A stretch of DNA of 64,000 nt from Patescibacteria group bacterium (GTDB lineage Bacteria; Patescibacteriota; Patescibacteriia; PEXW01). Both the position numbers and the translations under genes were made by a program. Shown here piece by piece: positions 9,667-19,053 of the stretch. The notes beneath the pieces were generated by a model. The model did not search any database. It saw only the letters and a list, made by a program, of their open reading frames with translations, and was not told where the DNA came from. The number at the start of each line of letters is the position of its first letter. The first letter of the stretch is position 1. The stretch is from positions 22,389 through 86,388 of the forward strand of contig JBBTRK010000005.1 of assembly GCA_038065235.1 (NCBI GenBank). The letters run 5' to 3'.

Positions 9667-12600
9667 ATGCCGCACGTCACCCTCCGCGATCCTGCTACCC
9701 AAACTGCCACGGGCAACTATCCCGCGCATGGTTTGCGTATTACGCGTCGTCATACAACCGTGGGGGTGGACCCGCTCGAGCAGCTGACTTATGAGAAGCG
9801 TTCCTCGGTCATCAAGAATCCGGACGGCCGCATCGTCTACGAGATCACCGACGTGGAAGTCCCCACCAGCTGGTCGCAGGTTGCCACAGATATTTTGGCG
9901 CAAAAGTACTTCCGCAAGGCGGGTGTGCCGGTGCTCGACGAGCAGGGGCAGCCGATGCTGGATGGACAGGGGAACGTTGTCACCGGCTCGGAGAAGAGCG
10001 CTAGGCAAGTCGTTCGGCGCATGACCATGTGCTGGCGCTGGTGGGGTGAGCAGTATGGCTACTTCGCCTCGCCCGAGGATGCGCAGGCGTACCAAGATGA
10101 AATGGCGTACTTCCTCATCCACCAGATGAGCGCGCCGAATTCCCCGCAGTGGTTCAACACCGGCCTGCACACGGCCTACGGCATCACTGGCCGACCGCAG
10201 GGGCACTACTACGTCGTCCCCGAAACTGGCGAAGTGGTGAAGTCCGAGGATGCCTACACCCACCCCCAGCCGCACGCGTGCTTCATCCAGAGTGTCTCGG
10301 ACGACCTGGTTGGTGAAGGTGGCATCTTTGACCTTATGACCCGCGAAGCGCGACTCTTCAAGTTTGGCTCTGGCACGGGCAGCAACTTCTCGAGCCTTCG
10401 TGGTCGGGGTGAAAAGCTCGGTGGCGGTGGGACGTCGTCGGGCATGATGTCGTTCCTGAACGTCTTCGACCGTGCCGCGGGCGCCATTAAGAGCGGCGGC
10501 ACCACGCGGCGGGCAGCCAAGATGGTCATTGTGAACGTCGACCATCCCGACGTGGAAGAGTTTATCAGCTGGAAGGTTAAGGAGGAGCAGAAGGTGGCAG
10601 ACCTCGTCACCGGCAGCAAACTTAACGCCAAATATCTGAACGCAATCATGACCACGGCCCATGCCGAAGGGGCCACCGCCCTCACCCAGTCACCCGCGCT
10701 CAAGGCGCTTGTGCGCAAAGCCGTCGCTCACGAGGTGCCGCTTAACTACATTGCCCGCGCACTGGACTTGGTTCGCCAAGGCAAGACGTCAATCGATTTC
10801 CACATCCTCGACACGCATTTCGAAGGCGACGCGTACAATACCGTTTCGGGCCAGAACAGCAACAACACCGTGCGCGTCACCAACGAGTACATGGACGCGG
10901 TGCGAGTGAACGCCCCATGGAACCTCACTGCGCGCGTCACTGGCGATGTCGTGAAGACCATCCCGGCGCGTGAGCTGTGGGATACAATTGGTTACGCCGC
11001 GTGGTCCTGCGCTGACCCAGGCTTGCAATTCGACACGACGATCAATGAGTGGCACACCTGCCCGGTGGACGGCCGCATCAATGGTTCGAACCCATGCAGC
11101 GAGTACATGTTCCTGGATGACACGGCCTGCAACCTCGCTTCTATGAACTTGGCCAAGTACCTCGACGCCGATACCGGCACCTTCGACGTGGATAGCTACC
11201 GTCACAGCATTCGGCTGTGGACCGTCACGCTCGAGCTCTCGGTGCTCATGGCACAGTTCCCAGGCAAGGAGATTGCGCGCCGCAGCTACGCCTACCGTAC
11301 ACTCGGCTTGGGGTACGCCAACCTCGGTACCGTGCTCATGACCATGGGCATTCCGTACGACTCTGACGAAGCCCGCGCCATTGCCGGCAGCCTCACCGCC
11401 ATTATGACCGGCGAGTCCTACGCCACCAGCGCCGAAGTGGCCAGCGTCGTCGGGGCATTCCCAGCCTACGAGCGGAACAAGCGCCACATGCTCCGTGTTA
11501 TCCGCAACCACCGTCGCGCCGCCTACAATGCACCCGCCGATGAGTACGAAGGCCTCTCCATCACCCCGCAGGGCATCAACCACAGTGCTGTCCCGCCCTA
11601 CCTGGGTGACGCCGCCAAGCTGGCCTGGGATCGAGCTATTACCCTGGGCGAGCAGCACGGTTTCCGGAACGCACAGACCACAGTTATTGCACCCACTGGC
11701 ACGATTGGCCTCATCATGGATTGTGACACCACCGGCATCGAGCCAGACTTCGCACTCGTGAAGTTCAAGAAGCTCGCTGGCGGGGGATTCTTCAAGATCG
11801 TGAACCAGTCCATGGACAAAGCCTTGCGCCATTTGGGTTACACCGAGCCGCAGGTGAGAGACATTGAGAATTTCGCCAAGGGTCACGGTACGCTCGTGGG
11901 TTGCCCTGCCATAAACCCGCAAGAGCTCCGTGAGAAAGGTTTCACCGACGCTGACCTAGCAAAGGTCGAGGCCAACCTGAAGACTGCCTTTGACCTCCGT
12001 TTCGCTTTCACCCCTTTCGCGCTCGGGGCCGAAGCACTGACGCGCGCTGGCCTCACCGACGTACAGGTTGCAGACCGTGAGCTTAACGTCCTGGGTGCGC
12101 TCGGCTTCACCGATAGGCAGGTCTCGGAAGCCAACGAGTACGTCTGTGGCACCATGACCATCGAAGGTGCTCCACACCTGAAGCCCGAGCACCTGCCGGT
12201 GTTTGACTGCGCCAACCGCTGTGGTGCCAAGGGGAAGCGCTTCATCGCCTACGACGCGCACCTGCAGATGATGGCGGCAGCCCAGCCATTCATTTCTGGC
12301 GCAATTTCCAAGACCATCAACATGCCTAACGAGGCCACGCTCGTCGACATCGAGCAGGCGTACCAGAAGAGCTGGAAGCACATGCTGAAGGCCGTGGCTC
12401 TCTACCGCGACGGCTCCAAGCTCTCCCAGCCGCTCAACACCATTGCCGGTCTGGATGACCTGGGTCAAGCCGAGACCACCGCGGAAGAGACTAACGAGCA
12501 GGTCACGCCCAAGCAGGTGAATGATGCTACGGCTGCGCAAGCTGCCGGTCAGGCCATCCGCCATGCCTTGCCGAACAAACGCCACGGCTTCGTGCAGAAG

Positions 12601-13179
12601 GCGTACGTCGGCGGGCACAAAGTCTACCTCCGCACCGGCGAGTACGATAACGGCCAGATCGGCGAGATCTTCGTGGACATGTACAAAGAGGGGACTGCCT
12701 ACCGCAGTCTACTCTCTATGTTCGCCATTTCTATTTCCAAAGGTTTGCAGTACGGCATTCCGCTAGAGGAGTACGTCGACACCTTCACCTACACGCGTTT
12801 CGAGCCGGCTGGCACGGTCCAGGGTCACGAGAACGTGAAGATGGCCACATCCATCCTAGACTACGTGTTTCGCGTGTTGGGCTTCGAGTACCTAGGCCGC
12901 ACAGACCTGGTGCACATTAAGCCCCAACTGAAAGTCGATGAGAAAGAACTCCATGTTCCGGCACCGATCCAGCAAGCGACGCTACCCATGAATGTCCAGA
13001 CGACCGCGCAGCGAGATGCCACGAAGAGCAACGTGAGCTTCGGCATGCAGGACAAGGACGAAGCGCGCCAGCAGGGCTTCACCGGCGACCAGTGCGTGGC
13101 CTGCGGGAGCATGAAGATGAAGCGCAACGGCACCTGCATCCTCTGCCTGGACTGCGGCGAGACAACGGGGTGTAGCTAG
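9667..13179 (+). CDS. nrdJ: Class II adenosylcobalamin-dependent ribonucleotide reductase (NrdJ-like, long form).
   Basis: Active-site region SNPCSEYMFLDDTACNLASMNL. C-terminal CxxC...CxxC zinc finger (CVACGS...CILCLDCG). ~1170 aa is typical of long NrdJ. Confidence 0.82.
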   Translation: MPHVTLRDPATQTATGNYPAHGLRITRRHTTVGVDPLEQLTYEKRSSVIKNPDGRIVYEITDVEVPTSWSQVATDILAQKYFRKAGVPVLDEQGQPMLDGQGNVVTGSEKSARQVVRRMTMCWRWWGEQYGYFASPEDAQAYQDEMAYFLIHQMSAPNSPQWFNTGLHTAYGITGRPQGHYYVVPETGEVVKSEDAYTHPQPHACFIQSVSDDLVGEGGIFDLMTREARLFKFGSGTGSNFSSLRGRGEKLGGGGTSSGMMSFLNVFDRAAGAIKSGGTTRRAAKMVIVNVDHPDVEEFISWKVKEEQKVADLVTGSKLNAKYLNAIMTTAHAEGATALTQSPALKALVRKAVAHEVPLNYIARALDLVRQGKTSIDFHILDTHFEGDAYNTVSGQNSNNTVRVTNEYMDAVRVNAPWNLTARVTGDVVKTIPARELWDTIGYAAWSCADPGLQFDTTINEWHTCPVDGRINGSNPCSEYMFLDDTACNLASMNLAKYLDADTGTFDVDSYRHSIRLWTVTLELSVLMAQFPGKEIARRSYAYRTLGLGYANLGTVLMTMGIPYDSDEARAIAGSLTAIMTGESYATSAEVASVVGAFPAYERNKRHMLRVIRNHRRAAYNAPADEYEGLSITPQGINHSAVPPYLGDAAKLAWDRAITLGEQHGFRNAQTTVIAPTGTIGLIMDCDTTGIEPDFALVKFKKLAGGGFFKIVNQSMDKALRHLGYTEPQVRDIENFAKGHGTLVGCPAINPQELREKGFTDADLAKVEANLKTAFDLRFAFTPFALGAEALTRAGLTDVQVADRELNVLGALGFTDRQVSEANEYVCGTMTIEGAPHLKPEHLPVFDCANRCGAKGKRFIAYDAHLQMMAAAQPFISGAISKTINMPNEATLVDIEQAYQKSWKHMLKAVALYRDGSKLSQPLNTIAGLDDLGQAETTAEETNEQVTPKQVNDATAAQAAGQAIRHALPNKRHGFVQKAYVGGHKVYLRTGEYDNGQIGEIFVDMYKEGTAYRSLLSMFAISISKGLQYGIPLEEYVDTFTYTRFEPAGTVQGHENVKMATSILDYVFRVLGFEYLGRTDLVHIKPQLKVDEKELHVPAPIQQATLPMNVQTTAQRDATKSNVSFGMQDKDEARQQGFTGDQCVACGSMKMKRNGTCILCLDCGETTGCS

Positions 13180-13297
13180 ATGTAACGACAACTTCCCCCT
13201 GCCCCCTCCTTGGTAAGGAGGGGGTTTCGTGTAGACCAGCTTCCTCCCTCCCCTTGAGAAGGGGAGGGTTGGGGTGGAGTTGGAGTATACTCGGGGT

Positions 13298-13660
13298 ATG
13301 ACTCGCCTCATCAACCGAAGCACGGAAAAAGCAAAGCGCCGGACGTTGCGAAATGCGATGCCAAAAGCGGAATATATCCTCTGGCAGCAGTTGCGTCGAA
13401 AGCAAATTGCAGGAGTGACGTTTCGCCGTCAGGTAAGTGTTGGGAAGTACGTCGTGGATTTCTACTGCTCCGCAAGGCGATTGGCAATTGAAGTAGATGG
13501 CGAAACACATATTGGAAAAGAAGCGGAGGCATATGACGCTGAGCGACAAAAATATCTAGAAGACCTAGGTATTCGCGTTATCCGTTTCTGGAATACTGAT
13601 GTGTATAAAAATTTGGCGGGTGTGATTGATGAGGTACTCCACGTTGTTAGAAAGATATGA
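13298..13660 (+). CDS. DUF559 endonuclease-domain protein (Vsr-like fold).
   Basis: YVVDFYC, LAIEVDGETH, RQKYLEDLGIRVIRFWNTDV. Start chosen at the internal ATG; ATG at 13274 is also possible. Confidence 0.7.
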   Translation: MTRLINRSTEKAKRRTLRNAMPKAEYILWQQLRRKQIAGVTFRRQVSVGKYVVDFYCSARRLAIEVDGETHIGKEAEAYDAERQKYLEDLGIRVIRFWNTDVYKNLAGVIDEVLHVVRKI

Positions 13661-14120
13661 AAAACGAGCGGGCCGGGGGTGGTCGTCAATAGAAAAGCCC
13701 TCCGGTGGTGTGCGGAGGGCGGGTTCGATCATGGAAACACGATTTCCAGATGCGCGTCCTCAAGCTCGGTAACGTGCGGCATGTTCCGGAGCACGTACTC
13801 ACGGGTTGCAGCCCAGGCGAGTGGTATAGCGTAGGGTCCGCGCGGGATGTGAAATTCATCCCAGCGTACCTCGAGCTTCTCCCAACGTCTGCCGTCGACA
13901 ACTGCGTTCACGAGTGTGAGGGTATAAAATACTCGCATAGATATGCGCCTTTCTACAGATTGGCGCTTCCTATTCGAGGTGATGCCTGGTGGTCCTATGC
14001 CAGGCAAAAGAGCATGAGCAGGGGGAGCCGGCAAACCTACCGCGACAGCTTTCGGCTGTCAAGAAGAAGAACTCCCGAAGAAGAACTCCCGACCAGGTGG
14101 ACGGGAGTTAGGTGCATGTA

Positions 14121-14390
14121 TTATTTTCGGTGACGGTCCAGATTTCGGTAGAGTTTTTTCGCGAGGTCTGCACGGCGGTGTATTTTTAAAATCATGCACA
14201 TTTCATATTTTTCCGCATTGGTCAGCTGCACTCCTTCACGTTTGATATCCATAATATACGCGAGGATGTGCTGGTCGGTGACAGTCACATCTGCACACTT
14301 TGAACGAAAAATCTCTAGGTTCATTGTACTTCTCATTTCTCGAGTTATTTTTTGTTTCTGCAGCGTAGCCAAATTTAACAGAAAGAGCAA
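14121..14390 (-). CDS. Small hypothetical protein in a lower-GC patch.
   Basis: ORF only; no recognisable motif. Confidence 0.25.
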   Translation of the reverse strand: MLFLLNLATLQKQKITREMRSTMNLEIFRSKCADVTVTDQHILAYIMDIKREGVQLTNAEKYEMCMILKIHRRADLAKKLYRNLDRHRK

Positions 14391-14733
14391 CTCTGGTCTT
14401 GCGACGGCTTTATTGCGGTGGCCATAGGCAGTAGCTATTCGCTGGATTTTTCTAGGTCTAGGTGCAACTTTGAGATTGCATAGATAACCTCAAGGGCATT
14501 GAGTTCAGGGCGGTCTTCGGTGAGTTGATCAGTGTAGTCGATGGGGTGTTTCATAGAGTATGAAAAGTTAACCCAGGACTTTAGCATTGGTAACCCGCTA
14601 TGTCAACCAAAGAAAAAAGGCCCCGCAGGAGCCTTGCCAGGGGGGGAGGAAATCTGGCTCAGCATCCCAGAGCGGGGCCGAAGATCAAGACGAAAGATTG
14701 TATTTTTGTGTCGGTTTCCGTACTCTACATGGC

Positions 14734-15321
14734 ATGGTCAAAGCAGTCAAGCGTATAGCCCCAAAGAAGCTCCGTCCCTTCCCCCACGGCATCACCGTGG
14801 CGTACATTGGCGATGGCAAAGGCAAGACCACAGCTGCGGTTGGGGCAGCCACTCGAGCCGCTGGCTACGGCTGGAAGGTGCTCTTTTTGCAGTTTTACAA
14901 AAGTATCGATTGGCCATCCGGTGAACGCGAGGCACTGCGCAAGCTCGGCGTGGACGTCGAGGTACACGGCGCAGGGTTTGTTGGAATCCTCGGTGATCGG
15001 AAGCATCTGCGTGAACACCAGCAAGCTGCTCAACGTGCGTTGCGTGTAGCGTGGGCACACATCCTCTCGGGCAAGTACAAGCTCGTCGTGCTGGATGAAG
15101 TGATTTCTTGCCTCGAACAGAAACTCTTTCCGGTCAGCACGCTCGTACAGTTTTTTCAGAAGCGTCTGCAACACGCCAAAGCCAAGAACGTACACCTCGT
15201 CCTCACCGGTCATCAACAGTTCCCTGCAATCCTCAAGTACTGCGATGTGGTGACAGAGATGAATATGCTGAAGCATCCGTACTATAAAGGCTTCATTGCC
15301 GTGAAGGGGATTGATTTTTAA
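14734..15321 (+). CDS. cobO: Cob(I)alamin (corrinoid) adenosyltransferase, CobA/CobO/BtuR family.
   Basis: P-loop GDGKGKTTAAVGAATRAAGYG, KVLFLQFYK, and overall collinearity with CobO. The 5' extension to 14587 is judged non-coding. Confidence 0.85.
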   Translation: MVKAVKRIAPKKLRPFPHGITVAYIGDGKGKTTAAVGAATRAAGYGWKVLFLQFYKSIDWPSGEREALRKLGVDVEVHGAGFVGILGDRKHLREHQQAAQRALRVAWAHILSGKYKLVVLDEVISCLEQKLFPVSTLVQFFQKRLQHAKAKNVHLVLTGHQQFPAILKYCDVVTEMNMLKHPYYKGFIAVKGIDF

Positions 15322-15334
15322 TTGGTGGTGTGTT

Positions 15335-15545
15335 CGGCATGTGCTATAGTCAGAAAGCTTTGAAAATCAGCAAGGCAAACCGGTGTGAATCCGGTACGGT
15401 CCCGCCATGGTATCTCGACGCCTAGTCCTTTGGACAGGGCAGACGAGTAGTCCAACGCCTATTCTGCCCACCTGGGCAGGATGAAGACAAATCCTTCGGG
15501 AAAAGGTCGAACAAGGATGGAACCTGTCCTGCGACTGCCCTGATG
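15335..15545 (+). ncRNA. Cobalamin (B12) riboswitch.
   Basis: Core GGTGTGAATCCGGTACGGTCCCGCCATGGTA matches the conserved GGUGnnAAUCCgg...GGUCCCGCCACUG B12-box region. Lies 5' of a DUF4430/ECF-S operon. Confidence 0.65.
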
Positions 15546-15577
15546 TCGTAGGCATTTCGTATTTAAGAAATTATTAT

Positions 15578-16027
15578 ATGGATCAACAACAGCCAGTTCA
15601 GCCTGTCTCAAATAAAAAACCAGAAGTGCAAAAATCTCCTCGCGTCCTGTGGTGGCTTGTGGTCATGATCGTTGTCGCCTTGGGGTTGGGCGTGTGGTCA
15701 CGAGTGAGTAAGTACAAGGCGAACACGAACGGGAATACGCCAACTGCGAATACGAACGTCGCCGTAAACACGAATGCTGCTACGAGTTACCTGTATTCTG
15801 GTCAGGATGGGAAGACCGCCTTGGAACTCCTGAAGACTGCCTACCCGAATACGACGACCAAGTCATCAGGGAGCCTCGGTGAACAGGTCATGAGCATAAA
15901 TGGGAAAGAAGCCAAGTCCAATGAGTACTGGCAGTTCCTCGTGAACGGCACAGCAGCGACCGTTGGTGCGGGTTCCTACGTAACTAAGTCCACGGACATG
16001 ATTGAGTGGAGGCTTACTTCGTTCTAA
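15578..16027 (+). CDS. Membrane-anchored DUF4430 protein (transcobalamin-like B12-binding fold, as found in B12 uptake loci).
   Basis: TM anchor, poly-N linker, then GKTALELL...YWQFLVNG...GAGSYVTKSTDMIEWR, characteristic of DUF4430. Confidence 0.6.
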   Translation: MDQQQPVQPVSNKKPEVQKSPRVLWWLVVMIVVALGLGVWSRVSKYKANTNGNTPTANTNVAVNTNAATSYLYSGQDGKTALELLKTAYPNTTTKSSGSLGEQVMSINGKEAKSNEYWQFLVNGTAATVGAGSYVTKSTDMIEWRLTSF

Positions 16028-16037
16028 CTTCATACTC

Positions 16038-16577
16038 ATGCGCCTCCGTCAGCACCTTACGATAACGAACGGAATACTCGTCCTGCTCATTGCCTTTGCG
16101 GCGGCGGCACGGTTCTGGCCCCACCCGGCGAATTTCGCGCCGGTGGCCGCCGTGGCACTTTTCAGCGGCGTGTACCTGGGCAAGCGTGCGTCGATCGTTG
16201 CGCCGGTCATCGCCATGGTCATTTCGGATATGTTCCTGGGCATGCATAATCTCGTTTTCTTTACGTGGGGGAGCATGGCACTCGTGGGTGTCATTGGTTG
16301 GTGGGTGCGGGAGAAGAAGAATCCCGGCAGAATTGTACTCGGTGCGCTCGCTGGTTCGGCGCTGTTCTACTTCATTACAAATGGCGCGGTCTGGGCAATT
16401 GGGCAAGGCGCAAGTTACGCACACAACCTTACCGGGCTCACCCAGGCGTACGTTGCCGGGTTGCCGTTTCTGCGTAATACCCTAGCGGGTGACATGGTGT
16501 ACGTCGGCGTATTCTTCGGCATTGCCGAGCTTGCCTTTGCCTGGGAGCGGCGACGGTTGCGGGCACCAGCGGCGTAA
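16038..16577 (+). CDS. ECF-transporter S-component-like membrane protein. The B12 specificity (CbrT-like) is inferred from context.
   Basis: ~180 aa with 5-6 TM helices and a NFAPVAAVALFSG motif. Sits in the riboswitch operon. Start at 16038, just after the upstream stop. Confidence 0.5.
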   Translation: MRLRQHLTITNGILVLLIAFAAAARFWPHPANFAPVAAVALFSGVYLGKRASIVAPVIAMVISDMFLGMHNLVFFTWGSMALVGVIGWWVREKKNPGRIVLGALAGSALFYFITNGAVWAIGQGASYAHNLTGLTQAYVAGLPFLRNTLAGDMVYVGVFFGIAELAFAWERRRLRAPAA

Positions 16578-16656
16578 AATTTGACCGTTTTTTAACCACC
16601 CCCGCAGATGCGGGGGTGCGTTGCTTTCCTAATGGTTTGGGCGTACACTAGCCGCC

Positions 16657-17586
16657 ATGCGTAACTACCGACGCTATACAGGCGGGAGTGTTCGTTCCCT
16701 TGGTTCCCGGCGGCAATCTGGGTCTCGCCGACGGCCTTTCACCGTGGTACTCATCCTCGTTGCTCTGGTGCTGCTCTTCGTGGCGTACATGAAAGCCGGG
16801 AAAAAGGTGACGAATTTGAATTCGGCACTTTCGAATCAGAACACGAATGTTTCAGTGACTCTCCCCAAGCCTGCCGCGCTCACGACCGCAATATGTCCGA
16901 GTAGTATTAGCATTGTGGCGACGACGCAGAAAATTGTTGCACTCACCTACGATGTTGGTACTACTCCTGGTGATCTTGCAAAAACCATACCAGCAGCAAA
17001 AGCGGCGAACGTACCAGCAGCGTTCTTCATTACGGGTAAGCTCGTGGAGAAGGAGAAAGTAGTGGTGCAGCAGATCCACGATGCGGGTTTTCCCATCTAC
17101 AACCACACCTACGATAATTTAAAATTCACCACGCTTACCCCTACGGAAGTGCAAGCGCAACTTTTGGCTGCAGATGATCTCATCCGCAGCGTAACGAATG
17201 TGACCACGAAACCCTATGCACGTATCCCCTACGGCGCGAGTACACCCGAGGCGCTCACTGCTATGCGCGAAGCCGGGTACTGCGGCATTACCTGGACGGT
17301 GGATGGGCTGGACATTGAGAGCACCGCATCGACCGAGAGCGTGACAAACCGGGTAACCCGGTTTGCGAAACCTGGCGCAATTATTCTCCTTCATGCCGGC
17401 AGCGACCTTGCTGCCACAGCGACCCCCCGTATCGTTGCTGCGTTGCAACAAGCAGGGTACCGTTTCGTCTCACTCGATGAGCTCTTCCGCGCCGCGACAA
17501 CGGTGCCCGGCGGAGCCGGGTCCGGCTCTGCCGGAAACACCAATACTCCAGCGGCTTCTGTGAGTTCTCCTAACGGGAACGCGTAA
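16657..17586 (+). CDS. Polysaccharide deacetylase (NodB homology) family, membrane-anchored.
   Basis: TM anchor plus VALTYDVGTTPGD and NHTYDN motifs. Confidence 0.6.
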   Translation: MRNYRRYTGGSVRSLGSRRQSGSRRRPFTVVLILVALVLLFVAYMKAGKKVTNLNSALSNQNTNVSVTLPKPAALTTAICPSSISIVATTQKIVALTYDVGTTPGDLAKTIPAAKAANVPAAFFITGKLVEKEKVVVQQIHDAGFPIYNHTYDNLKFTTLTPTEVQAQLLAADDLIRSVTNVTTKPYARIPYGASTPEALTAMREAGYCGITWTVDGLDIESTASTESVTNRVTRFAKPGAIILLHAGSDLAATATPRIVAALQQAGYRFVSLDELFRAATTVPGGAGSGSAGNTNTPAASVSSPNGNA

Positions 17587-17740
17587 ACCCACATGTGGTA
17601 CTGCGAGGCCGTCTTTGGTTTTTCAGGATATTTTCAGGGTACGAGTTTTTACTCAGCATGTGCGCGCCGTATCGTTTTTTGATGTACCTACTACGGCCTG
17701 TGGTATACTGATGTCAGTATTCTCTTAATCGATTAATTGT

Positions 17741-19018
17741 ATGTCCGATACACCTATGACTCCTGCCCCTGCCCGCCATGCTTCGCAAGGCGAGGCAGGC
17801 GGGCCGAAACCTCAGCCACGCTACACGCAGTCGGCGTTGACCGTGGCGGTCATCCTTAGTCTTATCTTTGGTACCATTGGTGGGGCACTCGGCGGCGCGC
17901 TCGCCTCGGGGAATTTCGATTCGTGGTTCAACCGGACATTCCAGAAGACCTTTGTTGCCTCATCCACGAGTGGCAGCTCGACCACGTTGAAAGTCGAGGA
18001 GGAATCTGCAACCATTGACGTCGTAAAGAAGGTTCAGAAATCTGTCGTCAGTATTATTATCACTAAAGACTTAAGTAAAGTATATAACCAATCGGGAGGT
18101 TCGCCGTTCGATTTCTTTTTCGGTACGGGTCAGCAACAGCCGCAGCAAGGCACGAAAGAAATTGGGGGCGGTTCCGGGTTCATACTTTCGGCTGACGGGT
18201 ACATCATGACGAACAAGCACGTCGTTGACGACACCCAGGCTGACTACACCGTACTGACGAACGACGCGAAGAGTTACTCAGCGAAAGTTATTGCGAGCGA
18301 CCCGGTGAATGACCTGGCTGTGCTGAAGATCGAGTCGAAAGATTTGCCGGCAATTGAATTTGGCGACTCAGAGAACCTTCAAATAGGCCAGACCGTAATT
18401 GCCATTGGTAATGCGCTCGGTGAGTATCGAAACACCGTGACCAAAGGTGTCGTGTCGGGTCTCGCCCGGCGTATCACCGCTGGCGATGGGCAATCGTCTG
18501 AGACGTTAGAGAACGCCATTCAAACTGATGCTGCTATTAATCCTGGGAATTCTGGTGGTCCGCTGCTCAACCTGGCTGGTCAAGTCATTGGCGTCAACGT
18601 CGCGGTGAGCCAGCAGGGCCAGCTCATCGGCTTCGCTATCCCGGCGAACCAAGCGAACACGGTGTATGAAAGCGTGAGAAAGACTGGGAAAATTGTTCGA
18701 CCCTACCTGGGCGTGCGGTACATGCCCATAACAAAAGCGCTTAAGGAGCAGAATAAACTTTCCGTTGACTACGGCGTCCTTATCCAACGCGGGACGACTT
18801 CGGGCGAGCTAGCGATTATCCCGGGTGGCCCAGCCGATAAAGCCGGGCTGCAGGAGAACGATATTATTTTGGAATTGAACGGGGTGAAACTGGACACCGA
18901 ACATAGCTTGGCCGGTGAAATTCAAAAGCACGCCCCCGGCGACACTATTACCCTTAAAGTCTTGAGCAAGGGCAAGGAGAAGTCGGTTACGGCCACGCTT
19001 GCAGAGCTGAAGCCGTAA
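17741..19018 (+). CDS. htrA: HtrA/DegP-family serine protease with a C-terminal PDZ domain.
   Basis: Trypsin-like GNSGGPLLN and a catalytic-triad context. PDZ-like C-terminus. Confidence 0.85.
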   Translation: MSDTPMTPAPARHASQGEAGGPKPQPRYTQSALTVAVILSLIFGTIGGALGGALASGNFDSWFNRTFQKTFVASSTSGSSTTLKVEEESATIDVVKKVQKSVVSIIITKDLSKVYNQSGGSPFDFFFGTGQQQPQQGTKEIGGGSGFILSADGYIMTNKHVVDDTQADYTVLTNDAKSYSAKVIASDPVNDLAVLKIESKDLPAIEFGDSENLQIGQTVIAIGNALGEYRNTVTKGVVSGLARRITAGDGQSSETLENAIQTDAAINPGNSGGPLLNLAGQVIGVNVAVSQQGQLIGFAIPANQANTVYESVRKTGKIVRPYLGVRYMPITKALKEQNKLSVDYGVLIQRGTTSGELAIIPGGPADKAGLQENDIILELNGVKLDTEHSLAGEIQKHAPGDTITLKVLSKGKEKSVTATLAELKP

Positions 19019-19053
19019 GTTGCTCATGTACGGCAGCATGCTACACTCTGCCC

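Noticed and set aside
9637-12618. Long minus-strand ORFs (9637..10662, 10789..11922, 11956..12618) antisense to nrdJ.
   Set aside because: They lie entirely inside a strongly supported RNR gene on the opposite strand. High-GC sequence generates long spurious antisense ORFs. They carry no motifs.
14587-14733. N-terminal 49-aa extension of cobO.
   Set aside because: Homologs start at the P-loop-proximal Met (MVKAVKRI...). The extension is Gln/Gly/Ser-rich and has no counterpart in CobO.
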